64,000 nucleotides of DNA from Selaginella moellendorffii (GCF_000143415.4 NW_003314359.1:157477-221476), one strand, 5' to 3'; positions 51,249 to 63,065 are shown, counted from the stretch's first letter. Made by a program: numbers and translations. The notes: a model not told the origin generated them from the letters alone.

Positions 51249-51611
51249 TGTCGAGTAAACCCTAAAAAAGCCCAGTCAAATACTGAACCAAAAGGGCGAA
51301 AAACCCTAAAAGGGCACGAAGATCTATAGTGATCCTGTTCTCATCCACTCTCGATCGAGGTAAGAATCCGATCCCAAGCGCCCTGGCGCTGGAGTATTTC
51401 TAGCATTGGGATGATAGCATTCTTCCCTCCGATTGAAATGCACGGCCCTCCAGTGGAATGTGAAAGAAAGAAAGCATTTGGTCGCTCTTGCCAGTTCTCT
51501 TTTTTGAAAAACGCTGGAAGCATCCTATTCTATTCTTATTGTTTGGCCTTTCATGTGATCATTGGTTCTTGTACAGCTTGGAACCAAAAAAAATGGAAGA
51601 TGAAAGCTCTG

Positions 51612-53393
51612 CTAGCATGACTGGACTCCATCGTCAACAGTAGCAGGAGCAACTTTTCTCATCAACCTGGGCCTCACCTCCGCACGGTAGAACTTGGCGG
51701 ACCTCAAGCTGAGAACCACGGCGATGGCGCACCCAAACAAACAGGTAGCAGCCATGACGAAGAAGGTTTCGCTGTAGCACTTGGCACCGTGGCACAAGAG
51801 CCCGGCCTCCAGCGTGTCGGGGCCCCGGTATCTCCTGGCTTGCCGATCGTAAAACACACCCGCAACTTCCACCGATAGGACGAACGTCCCAATCCCCTTT
51901 GCGATGTTTGGGAAGCTCTGGAGAACTCCATAGTGCTTGAGCCCGAAGATCTCCGCGATGATGGTCGACAGCACCGCCCACTGGCCTCCGGTGGCGAGGC
52001 CGATGATGATGGAGCCGATGTACAGCGCGCCGGGAAGGCCCAAGGCGATGAGCAAGTTGCCGAGCGCTAGAAAGCCGACCACCGCAGCGAACACGAACGG
52101 CCGTCCAATGCCAAACTTGTGCAGGAGTATCTCGGACGCAAAGCCGCAGCCGATTGCTCCCAGGAAGTCCCAGATGTTGAGGAGAGCCACGAAGATGTTC
52201 ATCCTTGCGGTGGAGTATCCCAGGGAGTCGCTCAGCTGGCCCAAGTTGTTGTAGAAGGTGGACACGGTTCCCAGGCCGCAGGAAGTCGCGATGAGCATGA
52301 GCCACATATCGATGCTCAGCAAGGCGTGGACGAGCCTGTAGTCCTTACCTCTCGCCGGGACTTGGAACCATCTGCAGCTGCCAGCGCCGGAAGCTTGAGA
52401 AGGAGAATGGTCGACGACTTGCAGAGCACTCGGGGTGGAATTCATATCCGCGAGCTGAGCTTCAGACTTATCAGTTGGCGGTGGTGCGTGGATGCTTTCA
52501 AGTTGATCGACAGACTTCTCAGTTGGCGGTAGTGTCTGGATGCTTTGCAGTTGATCGACAACACCAGCACCGTTCGAATGTGATCGAAGCTCAGCTCGGA
52601 CAACCAGAACAACCGGAGGTAGGACGATGACCAGCATCAACCCGAAGAACACCAAAGGCACCGAGTCTGGAAGCCTGCTCGGTATGGTCCCCTCGATGAC
52701 TGTGACCACGAGGAGATAGCCCGCCAAGGCAAAAGTGGTGATGAGGAACGAGTTAAGAATGGACTTGTCGCTGGGCCTCTCGACGACAGGCACGGGCCCG
52801 AGGAAGAGGCCAAGCAGCAGATACAGGAACGTCGGTAGCAGCCCCAGGAAGAGCAGAAAGGAGCGAGCGTGGAACTGGAAGAAAGTCTGGAACACAACCG
52901 CGAATGCGGTTGCTCCCAGGCCATTGCTGCCGTCGAGCAAGCTCAGCAGCATCCCCTGGTGATGTTTGGGGAAGTTCGTGGCACAGGTCGACAGGACAGC
53001 AGTGACTGCAAAGCCTACAGAGGCGCCGACGAGAAACATGTAGAAGCTCATTTGCCATGCCGGTGGACGAGCAATCTGGTGGGTGATGGCGAGCCAGGCC
53101 ATGGTGTAGCCGAACAGGTTGAGCAATGCGGAGACGAGCATGGTGAGACGGGGTCCGACTCTCGCATTGAGCAAGCCGGCCAGAAAAGCCATGCTAGTGC
53201 CGAGATCCTTGAAAAAACTGATGGTATTGACGGACTCTTGCTTGTAATGCAGGGAGACTTTGAGCTCTTGCGAGAACAAGCTGAAGCTGGTGAGCGTGCC
53301 TCCGGTGATTGCTATCAGGTAGAAGCCCGACACTGCGATGATCCAGCGATTGCTGGCGATGGAGAAGAGTTCCTTGGCCATTGCTAGCGCCAT
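51612..53393 (-). CDS. Nodulin-like/NFD4-family MFS transporter, intronless (copy 1)
   Basis: About 12-14 TM. FSLFSQELKVSLHYKQ, FKDLG, CATNFP, NNLGQL, AEIFGLKHYGVL, GVFYDRQA, CHGAKCY. Confidence 0.92.
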   Translation of the reverse strand: MALAMAKELFSIASNRWIIAVSGFYLIAITGGTLTSFSLFSQELKVSLHYKQESVNTISFFKDLGTSMAFLAGLLNARVGPRLTMLVSALLNLFGYTMAWLAITHQIARPPAWQMSFYMFLVGASVGFAVTAVLSTCATNFPKHHQGMLLSLLDGSNGLGATAFAVVFQTFFQFHARSFLLFLGLLPTFLYLLLGLFLGPVPVVERPSDKSILNSFLITTFALAGYLLVVTVIEGTIPSRLPDSVPLVFFGLMLVIVLPPVVLVVRAELRSHSNGAGVVDQLQSIQTLPPTEKSVDQLESIHAPPPTDKSEAQLADMNSTPSALQVVDHSPSQASGAGSCRWFQVPARGKDYRLVHALLSIDMWLMLIATSCGLGTVSTFYNNLGQLSDSLGYSTARMNIFVALLNIWDFLGAIGCGFASEILLHKFGIGRPFVFAAVVGFLALGNLLIALGLPGALYIGSIIIGLATGGQWAVLSTIIAEIFGLKHYGVLQSFPNIAKGIGTFVLSVEVAGVFYDRQARRYRGPDTLEAGLLCHGAKCYSETFFVMAATCLFGCAIAVVLSLRSAKFYRAEVRPRLMRKVAPATVDDGVQSC

Positions 53394-53880
53394 TGCCGCC
53401 AGCGCTGTGAGATAACATGAAAGCTCTATAAAATCATCGTGCTTTATGATAAGGCTTTTGCTTTGCAGTCCATGCCACGACCGGACTTGCGTGGACGATC
53501 TTTCCGGTTCGATACAAAAACGTGACAATTCCGAAGTTTCGTGGCTCCAAGTTTTCTATGTCGTGGGTCAACTAAGTTGAGCATTGACGCTTGATGTGGA
53601 TCTGGGGCAGGGCCAGATGCGGACGCTGGTCAAGTCACGGGTACGGAAAAGTCTACAAAATGGTCTTGAGCGGGGGACGGATCCGGAATCGGCGCAATGG
53701 TAACGTTCTTATCATCTTCGTGCTGCCGACTTGAAAATTTTATTTTTTGCAACTATATAAGCAGGGCACTGGGAGGACACTGATATCCGCATCTCAAAGT
53801 TGAGAAAGCCTAGCATCCAAGCATACATTTCCATTTCCATCTTTCATCTTTCAATCTTTCTTGCTTACACAGTCCCATCC
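53394..53880. promoter_or_regulatory. Shared divergent promoter of the MFS and 2OGD genes, with W-box cores and TATA
   Basis: GGTCAA (TTGACC on the minus strand) at 53566 and 53628, TTGACG at 53584, TATATAA at 53754. Confidence 0.5.
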
Positions 53881-55062
53881 ATGGCTGGCATCAAGGCATT
53901 TGTTGACAGCTGCAACGGGACGCTGGACAGCGTTCCAGACAGATACATGATGCCGAATGAAGCTGCCGATGTCTCCCGGTACGCGGTGCTGCCGATAGTC
54001 GATGTGGCGAGCGAGAGCTTCGAGAGGGATCTCGTTGACGCTTGTACAAAGTACGGAATGTTCTACGTAAGTTTTCAAGAAGTGTCTTTTTCCTGTAGTA
54101 CATGTTTGCTAAGTTGTTGTTCTTCTGACTTGCAGCTCAAGAACCACGGAATTCACACCGAGGATGTGATGAGGTGCGCTCTCGAGTTCTTCAACTCGCC
54201 CAGCGAGGACAAGATGCGGTACTACACCGAGGAGATCTTCACACCCGTCCGCTACTGCACCAGCATGATGCCTTCGAAAGAAGAGAAGCTCGAGTGGCAC
54301 GACCACCTCCAGATGTGGCTCAAGGAAGAGTCCCTCGGAGCGCACCCCTGGCCCGCGTTCCCAGCCAGCTACAAGTCAGTATCACGCTCCTTGATTATGG
54401 TATTGCTCTAGATTGCTGACGCTCTATATGCAACAGGGACATTGGATCCGAGTACGCCAGAAACATCTTCAAGCTCGGGAAGAGGATGCTGTTGGTCATG
54501 TCCGAGGGACTTGGCCTCCGCTCAAACCGTCTTCTGGAAGCATTCGCAGACATGGTTCTTCTGACGCGAGCAAACTTCTATCCGACTTGCCCGAATCCGA
54601 GGCAGGCCTTGGGCATGGAAGGCCACACAGACAGCGGCGGCCTCACGTTTGTGCTCCAGGATGGAGTCGGGGGATTGCAGCTGAAGCAAGGCGAGGATTG
54701 GTACAACGTGAGGCCACTCGAGGGAATGCTGGTGGTCAACATGGGCGATCAGCTAGAGGTACGAGCAGTCGAAAACTTTTTGAGAAACTATGGATTGATC
54801 TTTGTCTTGGTTGATTGTCTTGTATCAGAAGCTGAGCAATGGGAGATACAAGAGCATATTGCACAGGGTGATGGTGAACTCGAAGAGCTCAAGGCTGTCC
54901 GTCGGGGCGTTCCTGGGGCCGTCACTAGACGCGGAGATCAGCCCGATTCCAGAACTGGTGAGCCAGGAGAGTCCGGCAAAGTACCGCAGCAGGACTTATA
55001 GGGATTACATGCACGAGGTGTACACGGAGCACTTCTCCGGGAAGAATGTCTATGTGGCTTGA
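53881..55062 (+). CDS. 2-oxoglutarate/Fe(II)-dependent dioxygenase (DOXC; DMR6/DLO/F6'H neighbourhood), copy 1 (4 exons)
   Basis: LPIVDV, YGMFYLKNHGI, NFYPTCPNP, the HTD...H iron triad (SILHRV), and the RLS 2OG-binding motif. Confidence 0.93.
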
Positions 55063-56104
55063 GTCTTTGGGGGTAGTCAAAGGCATCAATTTTTTTCTCA
55101 TTCTCACAAATAAAACAGTTGCAAGAAATGTTTGCTCACAAGGATCTTAGTTTGATAAGCAAAGATTTTATCACAATATTATATAGAGGTACGAAATGTC
55201 ATGGCAAGCCGACTGTGTGCTGCGTAGAAGATCGCAAAAGTTTAACAATCTGGGAGGAAGTCCAGCAATGTATTGTTAAGCAATATAACTTTTTAAAATC
55301 ACAATATGAAAGCCACACATACTGTAGTGTGCGGTGTTGAATGCATGTTTAATCCTAAGTAACTGACAGCTAAGCACAAACCCTTCGAAGAACAAATTTC
55401 TTCAGAAAGCTGAAGAGATGTTTGCTCCATAATATTGTCATGAAGAAAAGAAATGGTAGCCGATGACGTGGCGCGCTGCCAACCCACGTGAAGCGTGAAG
55501 CGCCACATCAACATTGGTTGTTTATTACTCAAGAAATCACTTTTTTCTAGATCTGTTGCACCAAAGAGCAAGCGCTACAAGACGAACCCAGCAAGCTGGA
55601 CGCCGAATTCCGCACTGGGAGCTCGATCAAGGACCGCGACAACCTGTAAGAGCAGCTCCCAATCGATGATCAGGGAAACACTTCTATAGCTCATGGATCC
55701 GGGAGGTGCTGGGGCAGGAAGCGCTTCTACAACTCGTGCATCGGGGAACCGAGAGATTTCTCCAGACGTCGATTCAAGGCTTGCAGCTGGTGGCGGTGCT
55801 CAATGTTTCTTTTTGACATCGGCAGATGGTCCCAAGTTAGGGCGGATGAAAAAGCCCATTCGGAGCCTTTTTCTGCGGAGACAGCAATCACGCAGGGCCC
55901 ACTAGGTAATGTTGATATTAACTTCGCTTTTTACTGCATGGTTTGGTTTGGCACAATGGATGAAAATGGAAAACCAAGAAGATGATCCGAGCCGGATTAA
56001 AGTACCATATTTGGTGCTTTCCACACAACTATTAACTTTGCGGGAGTAAACGATGGTCAAGCAGGGCACAGAGCTCATGGAGCTTAAAAAAATGCAAGAC
56101 TCTG

Positions 56105-58139
56105 CTAGCATGCATCGTCAACAACAGCAGCAACTTTTCTCGTCAAGCTGGGCTTCACCTCCGCACTGTAGAACTTGGCGGACCTTAAGCTGAGAGCCAC
56201 GGCGATAGCACACCCAAACAAACAGGTGGCGGCCATGACGAAGAACGTTTCCCTGTAGCACTTGGCACCGTCGCACAAGAGCGAGGCCTCCAGCGTGTCC
56301 GGGCCCCGGTATCTCCTGGCTTGCCGATCGTAGAACACACCCGCAACTTCCACCGACAGGACATACGTCCCAATCCCCTTTGCAACGTTTGGGAAGCTCT
56401 GGAGAACTCCATAGTGCTTGAGCCCGAAGATCTCCGCGATGATGGTCGACAGCACCGCCCACTGGCCTCCGGTGGCGAGGCCGATGATGATGGAGCCGAT
56501 GTACGGCGCGCCGGGAAGGCCCAAGGCGATGAGCAAGTTGCCGAGCGCTAGAAAGCCGACCACCGCAGCGAACACGAACGGCCGTCCAATGCCAAACTTG
56601 TGGAGGAGTATCTCGGACACGAAGCCGCAGCCGATTGCTCCCAGGAAGTCCCAGATGTTGAGGAGAGCCACGAAGATGTTCATCCTTGCGGTGGAGTATC
56701 CCAGGGAGGCGCTCAGCTGGCCCAAGTTGTTGTAGAAAGTGGACACGGTTCCCAGGCCGCAGGAAGTCGCGATGAGCATGAGCCACATATCGATGCTCAG
56801 CAAGGCGTGGACGAGCCTGTAGTCCTTCCCTCTCGCTGGAACTTGGAACCATCGGAAGAAATGCATAATACAGCACCCCTCACTCTTACGTGGTTGCCCC
56901 TTTGCCACGCTCACTCCTCGCGTCCTCCGTGGCGTGTTTAGTCACGCCCAGCTCTGCACCCTAAATGTTTAAGAGAACCCATTGCCGCGATCATTAGGTT
57001 CCATTAAACTATGTCTTTGAAAGGGATTCTCTTAAACATCACGATTGCTCCACAATTGCACCTAGGAGGCTGTTCCACAAGCAGCAGTCCCACTCGGGCA
57101 TATCTCTTTGATAATATAATTTATAATAATGAGGTGGCATGCGCATGTAAGCAATGAGGTGGCATGCAAATCCAAATAAACAAATGGGGCCCACCCTAAA
57201 TAAGGGGGGGTGCTGTATTATGCATTCTACCCGAATTCATATCCGCGAGCTGACCTTCAGACTTATCAGTTGGCGGTGGTGCGTGGATGCTTTCAAGTTG
57301 ATCGACAGACTTCTCAGCTGGGAAAGTCGGAGGAGGAGGCGGGCGAGGGTGGTGTCTGGATGCTTCGCAGTTGATCGACAACACCAGCACCGTTCGAATG
57401 TGATCGAAGCTCAGCTCGGACAACCAGAACAACCGGAGGTAGGACGATGACCAGCATCAAAATGACTGTGACGACGAGGAGATGGCCCGCCAAGGCAAAA
57501 GTGGTGATGAGGAACGAGTTAAGAATGGACTTGTCGCTGGGCCTCTCGACGACAGGCACGGGCCCGAGGAAGAGGCCAAGCAGCAGATACAGGAACGTCG
57601 GTAGCAGCCCCAGGAAGAGCAGAAACGAGCGAGCGTGGACCTGGAAGAAAGTTTGGAACACAACCGCGAATGCGGTTGCTCCCAGGCCATTGCTGCCGTC
57701 GAGCAAGCTCAGCAGCATCCCCTGGTGATGTTTGGGGAAGTTCCTGGCACAGGTCGACAGAAGAGCCGTGACTGCAAAGCCTACAGAGGCGCCGACGAGA
57801 AAAATGTAGAAGCTCATTTGCCATGCCGGCGGACGAACAATCTGGTGAGTGATGGCGAGCCAGGCCATGGTGTAGCAATGCGGAGACGAACATGGTGAGA
57901 CGGGGGCCGACTCTCGCATTGAGCAAGCCGGCCAGGAAAGCCATGCTGGTGCCGAGATCCTTGAAAAAACTGATGGTATTGACGGACTCTTGCTTGTAAT
58001 GCAGGGAGACTTTGAGCTCTAGCTAGCTGAAGCTGGTGAGCGTGCCTCCGGTGATTGCTATCAGGTAGAAGCCCGACACTGCGATGATCCAGCGATTGCT
58101 GGCGATGGAGAAGAGTTCCTTGGCCATTGCTAGCGCCAT
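56105..58139 (-). pseudogene. NFD4-like MFS copy 2, pseudogene
   Basis: Near-identical to copy 1, but with a frameshift/stop at ~58021, a 14-nt deletion at ~57876, a larger deletion at ~57460, filler at ~57318 and a MITE insertion at 56854-57232. Confidence 0.9.
56854..57232. mobile_element. 379-bp MITE with Mutator-like terminal inverted repeats
   Basis: Left end GGAAGAAATGCATAATACAGCACCCC; right end GGGGTGCTGTATTATGCATTCTACCC, with a 20-bp perfect inverted core. The element is absent from the paralogous copy 1. Confidence 0.85.
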
Positions 58140-58626
58140 TGCCGCCAGCGCTGTGAGGTAACAAGAAAGCTCTATAAAATCATCGTGCTTTATGCAAAGG
58201 CTTTTGTTTTGCAGTCCATGCCACGACCGGACTTGCGTGGACGATCTTTCCTGTTCGATACAAAAACGTGACAATTCCGAAGTTTCGTGGCTCCAAATTT
58301 TCTATGTCGTGGGTCAACTAAGTTGAGCATTGACGCTTGATGTGGATCTGGGGCAGGGCCAGATGCGGACGCTGGTCAAGTCACGGGTACGGAAAAGTCT
58401 ACAAATTGGTCTTGAGCGGGGGGCGGATCCGGAATCGGCGCAATGGTAACGTTCTTATCATCTTCGTGCTGCCGACTTGAAAATTTTATTTTTTGCAACT
58501 ACATAAGCAGGGCACTGGGAGGACACTGATATCCGCATCTCAAAGTTGAGAAAGCCTAGCATCCAAGCATACATTTCCATTTCCATCTTTCATCTTTCAA
58601 GCTTTCTTGCTTACACAGTCCCATCC

Positions 58627-59808
58627 ATGGCTGGCATCAAGGCATTTGTTGACAGCTGCAACGGGACGCTGGACAGCGTTCCAGACAGATACATGATGCC
58701 GAATGAAGCTGCCGATGTCTCCCGGTACGCGGTGCTGCCGATAGTTGATGTGGCAAGCGAGAGCTTCGAGAGGGATCTCGTTGACGCTTGCACAAAGTAC
58801 GGAATGTTCTACGTAAGTTTTGATGAGGTGTCTTTTTCCTGTAGTACATGTTTGCTAAGTTGTTGTTCTTCTGACTTGCAGCTCAAGAACCACGGAATTC
58901 ACACCGAGGATGTGATGAGGTGCGCTCTCGAGTTCTTCAACTCGCCCAGCGAGGACAAGATGCGATACTACACTGAGGAGATCTTCACACCCGTCCGCTA
59001 CTGCACCAGCATGATGCCTTCGAAAGAAGAGAAGCTCGAGTGGCACGACCACCTCCAGATGTGGCTCAAGGAGGAGTCCCTCGGAGCGCACCCCTGGCCC
59101 GCGTTCCCAGCCAGCTACAAGTCAGTTTCTCGCTCCTTGATTTTTCGTATTGATCTAGATTGCTGACGCTCTATATGCAACAGGGACGTTGGATCCGAGT
59201 ACGCCAGAAACATCTTCAAGCTCGGGAAGAGGATGCTGTTGGTCATGTCCGAGGGACTTGGCCTCCGCTCAAACCGTCTTCTGGAAGCATTCGCAGAGAT
59301 GGTTCTTCTGACGAGAGCAAACTTCTATCCGGCTTGCCCGAACCCGAGGCAGGCCTTGGGCATGGAAGGCCACACCGACAGCGGCGGCCTCACGTTTGTG
59401 CTCCAGGATGGAGTCGGGGGATTGCAGCTGAAGCAAGGCGAGGATTGGTACAACGTGAGGCCACTCGAGGGAATGCTGGTGGTCAACATGGGCGATCAGC
59501 TAGAGGTACGAGCAGTCTAAAACGTTTTGAGAAACTGTGGATTGATCTTGTCTTGGTTGATTGTCTTGTATCAGAAGCTGAGCAATGGGAGATACAAGAG
59601 CATATTGCACAGGGTGATGGTGAACTCGAAGAGCTCAAGGCTGTCCGTCGGGGCGTTCCTGGGGCCGTCACTAGACGCGGAGATCAGCCCGATTCCAGAG
59701 CTGGTGAGCCAGGAGAGTCCGGCAAAGTACCGCAGCAGGACTTATAGGGATTACATGCACGAGGTATACACGGAGCACTTCTCCGGGAAGAATGTCTATG
59801 TGGCTTGA
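58627..59808 (+). CDS. 2OG-Fe(II) dioxygenase copy 2 (apparently intact)
   Basis: Same exon structure as copy 1. The few visible replacements include FADMV->FAEMV, YPT->YPA and DIG->DVG. HTD/H/RLS motifs are intact. Confidence 0.9.
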
Positions 59809-60399
59809 GTCTTGGGTAGTCAAAGGTACAAATTTTTTTCTCATTCTCACAAATAAAACAGTTGCAAGAAATGTTTGCTCACAAGGATCTTAGTTTGATA
59901 AGCAAAGATTTTATCACAATATTATATAGAGGTACGAAATGTCATGGCAAGCCGACTGTGTGCTGCGTAGAAGATTGTAAAAGTTTAACAATCTGGGAGG
60001 AAGTCTAGCAATGTATTGTTAAGCAATATAACTTTTTAAAATGGCAATATAAAAGACATATGAAGCTTCTTATTATATAAACTCTCATCATTTTCTTAAG
60101 GCAGTGAAGAAGCTTTGAGGTATCAGAATGATATGACTAAGGTGAAAGTCCTCACCAAAAGTAGTGGTTTTCCAGCAGGTCTCCATTCTTTCTTTTCATT
60201 TTTCTTGAGATTTTTAGCTGCCATTTGAACTTTAATAGATATTTGAGAATGTATTTTTAAGGGGTATTAATGCTCCTGATCCCTTTGTATGAAGTGTTTT
60301 AACCATTGCACATGCATAATCTCTAGAGGATCAGTTTGCTGGATGTTATGCTAAACCTCATAAATTTGTGGTTTAATTTGTTGCAAGACTTGATATAGT

Positions 60400-61420
60400 G
60401 CTTTCCACTAAACAAAGAGCCCTTTAAATAAACCATATATTGTAAGATGGGGAAAACAAATTAACACCAAGTCATCCACTTGGTACTTTACAGGTGGACA
60501 ATGATAGGAGTTGTAGTGCCATTGTTGTCCCATTTGTATATGGCCTAAGTGTTCGGTAGATTTTATTCGGACAAGTGGAAGAATGTTCGTCAAATATTAA
60601 TCCCATGATTTAACATTAGCAGCTCATAGCAATTGCGAAGGTAAACTCAGCTCTATTGGTAATATTGGATCATGACCATATAAGAGTTTATATGGTGAAA
60701 CACCAATAGAACTCTGCACCCCTGTGACATATGCATACCGAAGAGATGACAAATAATCATCCCAATCCAAATGCTAAAAGTTCATATACTTCGCGATCAT
60801 CCTTTTGAACATTCAAATGAGCTATTCCACCAGACCATCTGATTGTGGATGATAAGCACTCGTGAAAGTGTGGTGTATCCCCAACCGAGATGTCAAAACA
60901 TAAAATGCCTTAGCCATAAATGCGGGATCATTATCCGAAAGAATTTGCTCTGGATAAGAATGCTAGAACACCACTCGATTAAGGAGGAAGTATCCAACAA
61001 CAGTTGTAAAGGCACTAGCAAAAGCACTAACTTCCACCCAATGAATCAAGTAATCAGAAGCAATAATAACATACTCATTGCTAGCAATTGACTGTGGAAA
61101 AAGTCCCATAAGATCAAATGCCACCAACTCAAATGGAGAAATTGCAATTAACTCTAATGGTCCTTCTGGAGCACGAAGGAGAGTATTACAAACTTAGCAC
61201 CAAACGCAGTTATGCATATACTAGATAACATCACGTTGTACTTCTAGCTAATAGAAAAACTTGTGTAGCTTGTCAGTTACACGACGATGTCCCATATGCC
61301 CACCTAAAACAAGAGAATTGTGGTAGGCATAGAAAAACCGCAAAATAAAGATAGAAGGCACTACCAATTGTAAATGATCATCAGAATCCGTTGTAAGCCA
61401 CAAATTTTTCCTTTCCAATT
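60400..61420 (-). mobile_element. Degenerate non-chromovirus Ty3/Gypsy integrase
   Basis: A single frame with stops: YHNSLVLGGHMG..C..C (zinc finger), AFDLMGLFP, ILSDND, AYHPQSDGLVE (DDE), WDDYL, GVSPYKLLYG. Confidence 0.88.
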
Positions 61421-62159
61421 TGCCAGCTTACCTCGTCTATCCGACCAACTCTGCCTTGGCTTGTGCTAAGTTCCCTCGCCAAGGTTCCCGCCTATGGTAC
61501 CAGCTCCTACTTGGTCCTACTTGGTTTCAGCTACTCACTGCACGAGCAACAGAGTGTTAGCCATCCATCTACGGATTCCCAAATCTCTCCCAATCCCCCT
61601 CCCCGGGTTAGACTGGACTTAAGGTTTGGTTACACTCCCCGCAGGCACAAGCAGCCAAGCACACCAAGCCTCTAAGTTCCTAACACCCCTTGGGACCACA
61701 AGACTTGATTATGGGACCCTCTAAATCCCAAGTCTTGGGTGCAGCACTTGCTTCGGGACGTCGGGGCGAAACACCGTGGCCTAACGGCCCAGTATGGGTA
61801 CCTCTACCCCCCCACTTCCATCCCAAAGGGAAGGCCCAAGCCCCTAGGAAGGGCGAGGACCAATGAGCCACAAGGTACTCAAGTGGGGCACCACTCCACA
61901 TAAGCCGGGAGCACCACAGTCGGTTTCCCTTTCGGGAGTGGGAGCTGCTCTTGAGCACTTCCTTGGGTGGCCCCTCTGGCACCACTCAAGCCCATGCTCA
62001 CTCCCACCCAAGGCCCCTCGGCCCCAGTCTCAACCTCAAGTCAGTTTGGAAGCACCACTGGAGAGTTCCTTCAAGACTGGTTCCTGGACCTCACTATCCC
62101 TATTATACTTTTGGAACCCCCTGCAGCCCCCCCCCCCGGGAAAAGCACGCTTTGGGCTT

Positions 62160-62701
62160 NNNNNNNNNNNNNNNNNNNNNNNNNNNNNNNNNNNNNNNNN
62201 NNNNNNNNNNNNNNNNNNNNNNNNNNNNNNNNNNNNNNNNNNNNNNNNNNNNNNNNNNNNNNNNNNNNNNNNNNNNNNNNNNNNNNNNNNNNNNNNNNNN
62301 NNNNNNNNNNNNNNNNNNNNNNNNNNNNNNNNNNNNNNNNNNNNNNNNNNNNNNNNNNNNNNNNNNNNNNNNNNNNNNNNNNNNNNNNNNNNNNNNNNNN
62401 NNNNNNNNNNNNNNNNNNNNNNNNNNNNNNNNNNNNNNNNNNNNNNNNNNNNNNNNNNNNNNNNNNNNNNNNNNNNNNNNNNNNNNNNNNNNNNNNNNNN
62501 NNNNNNNNNNNNNNNNNNNNNNNNNNNNNNNNNNNNNNNNNNNNNNNNNNNNNNNNNNNNNNNNNNNNNNNNNNNNNNNNNNNNNNNNNNNNNNNNNNNN
62601 NNNNNNNNNNNNNNNNNNNNNNNNNNNNNNNNNNNNNNNNNNNNNNNNNNNNNNNNNNNNNNNNNNNNNNNNNNNNNNNNNNNNNNNNNNNNNNNNNNNN
62701 N
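62160..62701. other. Assembly gap (N run)
   Basis: Run of n characters, with near-duplicate flanks. Confidence 0.99.
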
Positions 62702-62774
62702 CAGCCCCCCCCCCCCTGGGAGACGCACGCTTTGGGCTTTCACCCCTTGACCCGTATTAGTATTTGGACTTAGT

Positions 62775-63065
62775 CTCTGGCTCGGTCTCGGACCCGATTT
62801 CGGATCCGACTTCGGATTCAGTCTCGGACTCGATCTCGGACTCGATCTCGGACCCGACCTCGGACTCGACCTCGGACTCCGTCTCGGACCCGATTTCGGA
62901 TCTCGGACTCCGTCTCGAACTCGGTCTCGAGCTCGGACTTCGTCTCGAACTCGGTCCCCGAGTCGGTCTCGGACTCGTTTCGAACTCGGTCGCCGAGTCG
63001 GTCTCAGACTCGTTTCCGGACTCTATCTCGAACTCGGTCCTAGAGTCGGTCTTGGACTCGATCTT
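62775..63065. repeat. Degenerate 6/12-bp tandem array (TCGGAC/TCGATC units) within the retroelement
   Basis: Directly visible. It produces the low-complexity Ser/Glu and Ser/Asp ORFs on both strands. Confidence 0.85.

Larger units (their letters stand above)
51605..60045. repeat. Tandem segmental duplication of the MFS+2OGD module (~51605-55300 and ~56098-60045)
   Basis: Near-identical coding, promoter, intron and 3' flank sequence, separated by a ~0.8-kb unique spacer. Confidence 0.93.

Noticed and set aside
51258-51311. AAACCCTAA motifs as telomere or telomerase-RNA remnants
   Set aside because: These are ordinary telo-boxes near the starts of housekeeping genes, with no Pol III USE/TATA context.
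61863-62773. ORFs spanning the N run
   Set aside because: They are artefacts of translating the assembly gap.
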